A program made the translations under genes and the position numbers. The notes beneath the pieces were generated by a model. It was given only the letters and a program-made list of their open reading frames with translations. It was not told the DNA's origin and searched no databases. From positions 1-30,529 of the forward strand of contig DASXOU010000070.1 in the NCBI GenBank assembly GCA_036494045.1: a stretch of 30,529 bases of DNA. Reading direction: 5' to 3'. This stretch comes from Polyangia bacterium (lineage in GTDB: Bacteria > Myxococcota_A > Polyangia > Palsa-1104). Position 1 is the stretch's first letter, and the number at the start of each line of letters is the position of its first letter. This document shows positions 27,063 to 30,529 of the stretch, in pieces.

Positions 27063-27710
27063 GTGCATCGCATCGTGCTCGTCTGTTTGATGGCGCTCGC
27101 GCCCGCCGTCGCGCGCGCGCAAGCCGAGCCGGCGCCCGAAGGCTACGTCCCGCCCGGCCACGGCGAGCCCGAAGCGCCGCCGCCGTCGCCCTACAAATGG
27201 CACATCGCCGCCGAAGCGCGACTCGCCGTCCCGCTCGGCAAGACGCCGTCCGATCTCGCCCCCGTTGGCTACGGCGGCGGCGTGCAGCTCACGCGCGCGC
27301 TCCTCGAGGTCGGCCGCATGCGCCTCGGCGTCGGCGGCGACTTCGCCTATCAGCGCATCCCGCACTCGACGGACGAGTTCCTGTCACACATGACCTTCGC
27401 CGCGCTCGTCGTCCTCGACGGCATCTTCGGCCGCGTGCGCCCGTGGATCAGCGCCGGCGCCGGCCTCAGCGTCGCCGAATATCGCAAGCCGGCGACGCCG
27501 GCCATGCCCGTCCTCACCGATGTCGACACCGTCCTGCCGCTGGTGCAGCTCGCGCTCGGGCTCGACGTCATGATCGCGCGCAACGTCGACATCGGCATCG
27601 GCGGCGGCTTCGACCTCACCTTCTCGTCGCTGACCGTGGGCGCCCCGCCGGTGCAGGCGTTCGAGCCCGGCCTCTTCTCGGCGCGCCTCGGCGTCGGCTT
27701 CCGCTTTTGA
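27063..27710 (+). CDS. Small outer-membrane beta-barrel protein (OmpA/OmpW-like, about 8 strands), 215 aa
   Basis: Signal peptide ending ARA; Pro-rich linker; amphipathic strands (VRPWISAGAG); C-terminal beta-signal ARLGVGFRF. Confidence 0.82.
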   Translation: MHRIVLVCLMALAPAVARAQAEPAPEGYVPPGHGEPEAPPPSPYKWHIAAEARLAVPLGKTPSDLAPVGYGGGVQLTRALLEVGRMRLGVGGDFAYQRIPHSTDEFLSHMTFAALVVLDGIFGRVRPWISAGAGLSVAEYRKPATPAMPVLTDVDTVLPLVQLALGLDVMIARNVDIGIGGGFDLTFSSLTVGAPPVQAFEPGLFSARLGVGFRF

Positions 27711-27721
27711 TTTCGCGCTCG

Positions 27722-27750
27722 TTGACACACCCGCGCGCGGTCGTTACGTT
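27722..27750 (+). promoter_or_regulatory. Sigma70-type promoter, leaderless arrangement
   Basis: TTGACA (27722-27727), 17-nt spacer, TACGTT (27745-27750), 6 nt to GTG 27757. Confidence 0.8.
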
Positions 27751-27756
27751 CCGTCG

Positions 27757-28581
27757 GTGGTTCTGCGCATCGTTGCCGCCGCCTTCGCGCTCCTCGTCGC
27801 GGCCTGCGTCTTCTACGTCGTGACCAGCTACACGCACGCGTTCTGGCACCGCCGCTTGAAGACGCCCATCGGCAACCTGGTGCGCGCCGCCTTCGTCGAG
27901 TTCGGCGCCTGCATGCTGCTGCTGCCGTTCTGGCCGCTGTGGCTCCTCGTCGGCGCCTCCTATGAAGCCGCCCACGAAGGCGAGGGCTCGCCCAACGGCG
28001 CGCGCCGCCCGGTCGTGCTCCTGCACGGCTTCGCCATGAACCGCACCAACTGGATCTGGCTCGGCCGTCGGCTCGCCCATCGCGGCATCGGCCCGATCTA
28101 CGCCACCAGCTACTTCTCGCCGCAGTCGGTGCGTCGCTCCGCCGAGCAGCTCGGCCGCTTCATCGATCGTGTGCGCGCGCGCGAAAAATCGGACCGCGTC
28201 GACGTCGTCGCCCATTCGCTCGGCGGCGTGGTCGTGCGCTACTACATCGAGCGGCTCGGTGGCGCCAAGCACATCGGCCGCGTCGTCACCATCGGCTCGC
28301 CGCACAACGGCACCGTCATCGCGCGGCTGGGCGCGCTCTTTCCCTCGGCGCGCGAGACCATCGCCGGCAGCTCGTTCTACGCCGATCTCGGCCCGCTGGT
28401 GGCGCGCGAAGGCATCGCGTTCACGTCGGTGTGGTCGCGCGCCGACGCCATCATCGAGCCGCCCGAGTCGTCGTCGATCGCGCCCGTCGGCGAAGACTGC
28501 GTCTTCGAAAACCTCGGCCACTTGTCGCTGCTGCTCTCGCCGCGCGTGCTCGATACGATCGCCGACCGACTCGCTGCATGA
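27757..28581 (+). CDS. Membrane-anchored alpha/beta hydrolase (lipase/esterase), 274 aa
   Basis: Two N-terminal TMs; PVVLLHGF oxyanion motif, VAHSLGG nucleophile elbow, GSPHNGT, SRADAII (Asp), GHLSLL (His). Confidence 0.9.
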   Translation: MVLRIVAAAFALLVAACVFYVVTSYTHAFWHRRLKTPIGNLVRAAFVEFGACMLLLPFWPLWLLVGASYEAAHEGEGSPNGARRPVVLLHGFAMNRTNWIWLGRRLAHRGIGPIYATSYFSPQSVRRSAEQLGRFIDRVRAREKSDRVDVVAHSLGGVVVRYYIERLGGAKHIGRVVTIGSPHNGTVIARLGALFPSARETIAGSSFYADLGPLVAREGIAFTSVWSRADAIIEPPESSSIAPVGEDCVFENLGHLSLLLSPRVLDTIADRLAA

Positions 28582-29516
28582 GCGTGTTCGACAAACAATT
28601 GGTGATCATCGCCGGCAAGGGCGGCGTCGGCCGCACCACCGTCGCCGCGGCGATGGCGATCGCCTCCGCGCACCGGGGCAAGCGCGTGCTCCTGGCGCAG
28701 ACCAAGTCGAAGGAGCGCCTGTCGCGCCTCTTCGGCGTGCCGCCCGTCGGCACCGAGCTGGCGCGCCTGCGCGATCGGCTGTGGGGCGTCAACATGACGC
28801 CGGCGGCGGCGCTGCGCGAATACGGCGCCATGGTCCTGCGCTCGGAGTTCATCGCGCGCCAGGTGCTCGAGAACAAGGTGTCGCGCGCGTTTCTGCACGC
28901 CATCCCCGGCCTCGAGGACTACTCGATGCTGGGCAAGGTCTGGTTCCACACCACCGAGACCGAGGACGGCAAGAAGAAGTGGGATCAGGTGATCCTCGAC
29001 GGACCCGCCACCGGCCACCTCATCACCATGCTGCAGATCCCGCAGGCCATCCTCGACGCCGTGCCCGAAGGGCCGCTCACGCGTCCGGCGCAAGCCGCCG
29101 TCGACCTCTTGCGCGATCCCAAGCGCACCTCGATGTCGATCGTGACCTTGGCCGAGGATCTGCCGTCGAACGAGGCCATCGAGCTGTCGCGCAAGGCCAC
29201 CGAACAGATCGGTGTCACCCTCGGCCCGCTCGTCGTCAACGCGCTCTATCCACCGCGCTTTGCCACCGGCGTCTCGGCGCGCGCGCTCGCCGCGCTGCCC
29301 GAGAACGTCGACGACGACGGCCTGCAGCCGCTGGTCACCGCCGCGCGCACCGCGCAGCGCCGCCGCGAGCTCAACGATCGCTACCTCGAGCGGCTGCGCA
29401 CCGAGCTGCCGGTGCCGCAAGCGCACCTGCCCTACCTGTTCACCGCCGACTTCGGTCCCAAGGCCGTCGAAGATCTGGCGGCGCGCCTCGAGCCACAATT
29501 GGCGGCGTTGACGTAA
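28578..29516 (+). CDS. ArsA/Get3-family ATPase-like protein, 312 aa
   Basis: AGKGGVGRTT, IPGL, DQVILDGPATGH, VTLAEDLPSNE, LVVN; ATGA overlap with the lipase. Confidence 0.9.
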   Translation: MSVFDKQLVIIAGKGGVGRTTVAAAMAIASAHRGKRVLLAQTKSKERLSRLFGVPPVGTELARLRDRLWGVNMTPAAALREYGAMVLRSEFIARQVLENKVSRAFLHAIPGLEDYSMLGKVWFHTTETEDGKKKWDQVILDGPATGHLITMLQIPQAILDAVPEGPLTRPAQAAVDLLRDPKRTSMSIVTLAEDLPSNEAIELSRKATEQIGVTLGPLVVNALYPPRFATGVSARALAALPENVDDDGLQPLVTAARTAQRRRELNDRYLERLRTELPVPQAHLPYLFTADFGPKAVEDLAARLEPQLAALT

Positions 29517-29535
29517 CCATATATCATGCGGGCAC

Positions 29536-30381
29536 ATGCGCCCGCTTGTGGTCGCGTCGCTGCTGCTCCTGAGCGTCGCCGCCCGCGCCACCGAGACCTA
29601 CGCGCTGTTCCGCCTCGATCCGCTCGGGATCGAGCCGCAGATCGTCGATCAGCTGCAACGCATCTTGCGCGCGGAGCTGCAGCGCGTGGTCGGCCACGAG
29701 CTGCCGTCGGACCGCGCGGTCGCCGACGCCGTCGCCGCCAACCCCAAGCTGGCCAGCTGCACCGCCGATCCGTCGTGCCTGGCGCCGCTGGCCAAGGCGC
29801 TCAAGGTCACGCGCGTGGTCGCCGGCAACGTCGGCGGCCTCGCCGACAGCTACGTCGTGAACCTGAAGCTCGTCGACGACAACGGCAAGGAGCTGCGCCG
29901 CGTGACCGCCACGCTCTCCGGCTCGCCCGAGGAGCTCATCGACGAGATCCGCGTCGCCGCCTTCCGCCTGGTCGCGCCCGAGCGCCTGGTCGGCAACATC
30001 GCCATCTTGAGCGACGTGCCCGGCGCCTCGGTCACGCTCGACGGCATCATCGTCGGCAAGACGCCGCTGGCCGGTCCGCTGGCGGCGCTGCCGGTCGGCG
30101 TACACAAGCTCGCCGTCGAGCGCGAAGGGTTCTCCAGCTACTCCGAAGACGTGCCGGTGCGCTTCGAGAAGACGACCCAGGTCGTGGTCCACCAGACCGC
30201 GATGTCCAAGCTCGCCTTGCGCGCCGAGCGCCGCCGCCGCGCCGCTGCCGAGACGCCGATCTACGCCAAGTGGTGGTTCTGGGCAGCGATGGCCGGCTCG
30301 GCGATCGCGACCGGCGTCGCCGTCGGCTTCGGCGTCCCCAAGCAGCACGCGATCGACTGCGCCAAGGGCGGCTGTCCGTGA
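29536..30381 (+). CDS. Exported PEGA-domain protein with C-terminal membrane anchor, 281 aa
   Basis: Signal peptide; C....C pair; PEGA SDVPGASVTLDG..VGKTPL......GVHKLAVEREGF; PIYAKWWFWA plus TM; TTGGCG-N17-TATCAT 8 nt upstream of ATG. Confidence 0.87.
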   Translation: MRPLVVASLLLLSVAARATETYALFRLDPLGIEPQIVDQLQRILRAELQRVVGHELPSDRAVADAVAANPKLASCTADPSCLAPLAKALKVTRVVAGNVGGLADSYVVNLKLVDDNGKELRRVTATLSGSPEELIDEIRVAAFRLVAPERLVGNIAILSDVPGASVTLDGIIVGKTPLAGPLAALPVGVHKLAVEREGFSSYSEDVPVRFEKTTQVVVHQTAMSKLALRAERRRRAAAETPIYAKWWFWAAMAGSAIATGVAVGFGVPKQHAIDCAKGGCP

Positions 30382-30529
30382 AGAAGCTCGCGCTCGCGCT
30401 CGCGCTGTTGCCGTCGCTGGCGTGGGCGGCGCCGCTCAAGCTCGCGGTCTGCCCGCCGCACGACGCCAGCCTCGGCGCCGCCGGCGCGCGCATCGACGCC
30501 GCGCTCGCCGAGGCCGCGCAAGCGCTCCC
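30378..30529 (+). CDS. 5' part of an exported protein, truncated by the window edge
   Basis: GTGA overlap; MKKLALALALLPSLAWA signal peptide, open to the end. Confidence 0.75.
   Translation, partial: MKKLALALALLPSLAWAAPLKLAVCPPHDASLGAAGARIDAALAEAAQAL

Noticed and set aside
28578..29516. Arsenic resistance locus
   Set aside because: Single-domain ArsA-like protein with no Cys residues for metalloid binding and no ars genes in the window.

Overview
A very GC-rich bacterial chromosomal window, densely coded with about 30 CDS. Gene content (PEGA, DUF1844, Cys-rich lipoproteins, ArsA-like ATPase) suggests Myxococcota, probably Polyangia-like; this is inference. From left to right: an LpxL-type acyltransferase plus FabF-like ketosynthase pair; a membrane sulfatase-like/HEAT protein; uvrD/pcrA coupled to a DUF2062-methyltransferase fusion; a minus-strand run (small protein, Hsp20, DUF1844, HtrA, Nudix, M23 peptidase); three lipoproteins (SH3-NlpC/P60, Cys-rich, six-repeat); a complete MoxR-DUF58-Bat operon with BatB-C and BatD-E fusions; GNAT, MBL hydrolase, small hypotheticals and rlmI; and an OMP-lipase-ArsA-PEGA cluster. 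I found no RNA gene, CRISPR array or mobile element. I cannot support a claim of a wholly new system. The best leads are: (i) -10-like hexamers 6-10 nt before about a dozen start codons, indicating pervasive leaderless transcription; (ii) a shared 18-nt EPSQR-coding element plus internal signal peptides at both Bat fusion junctions; (iii) a six-repeat disulfide lipoprotein head-to-head with the MoxR/Bat operon; (iv) several enzymes with non-canonical catalytic residues. All family calls come from motif recognition by eye, not database searches.
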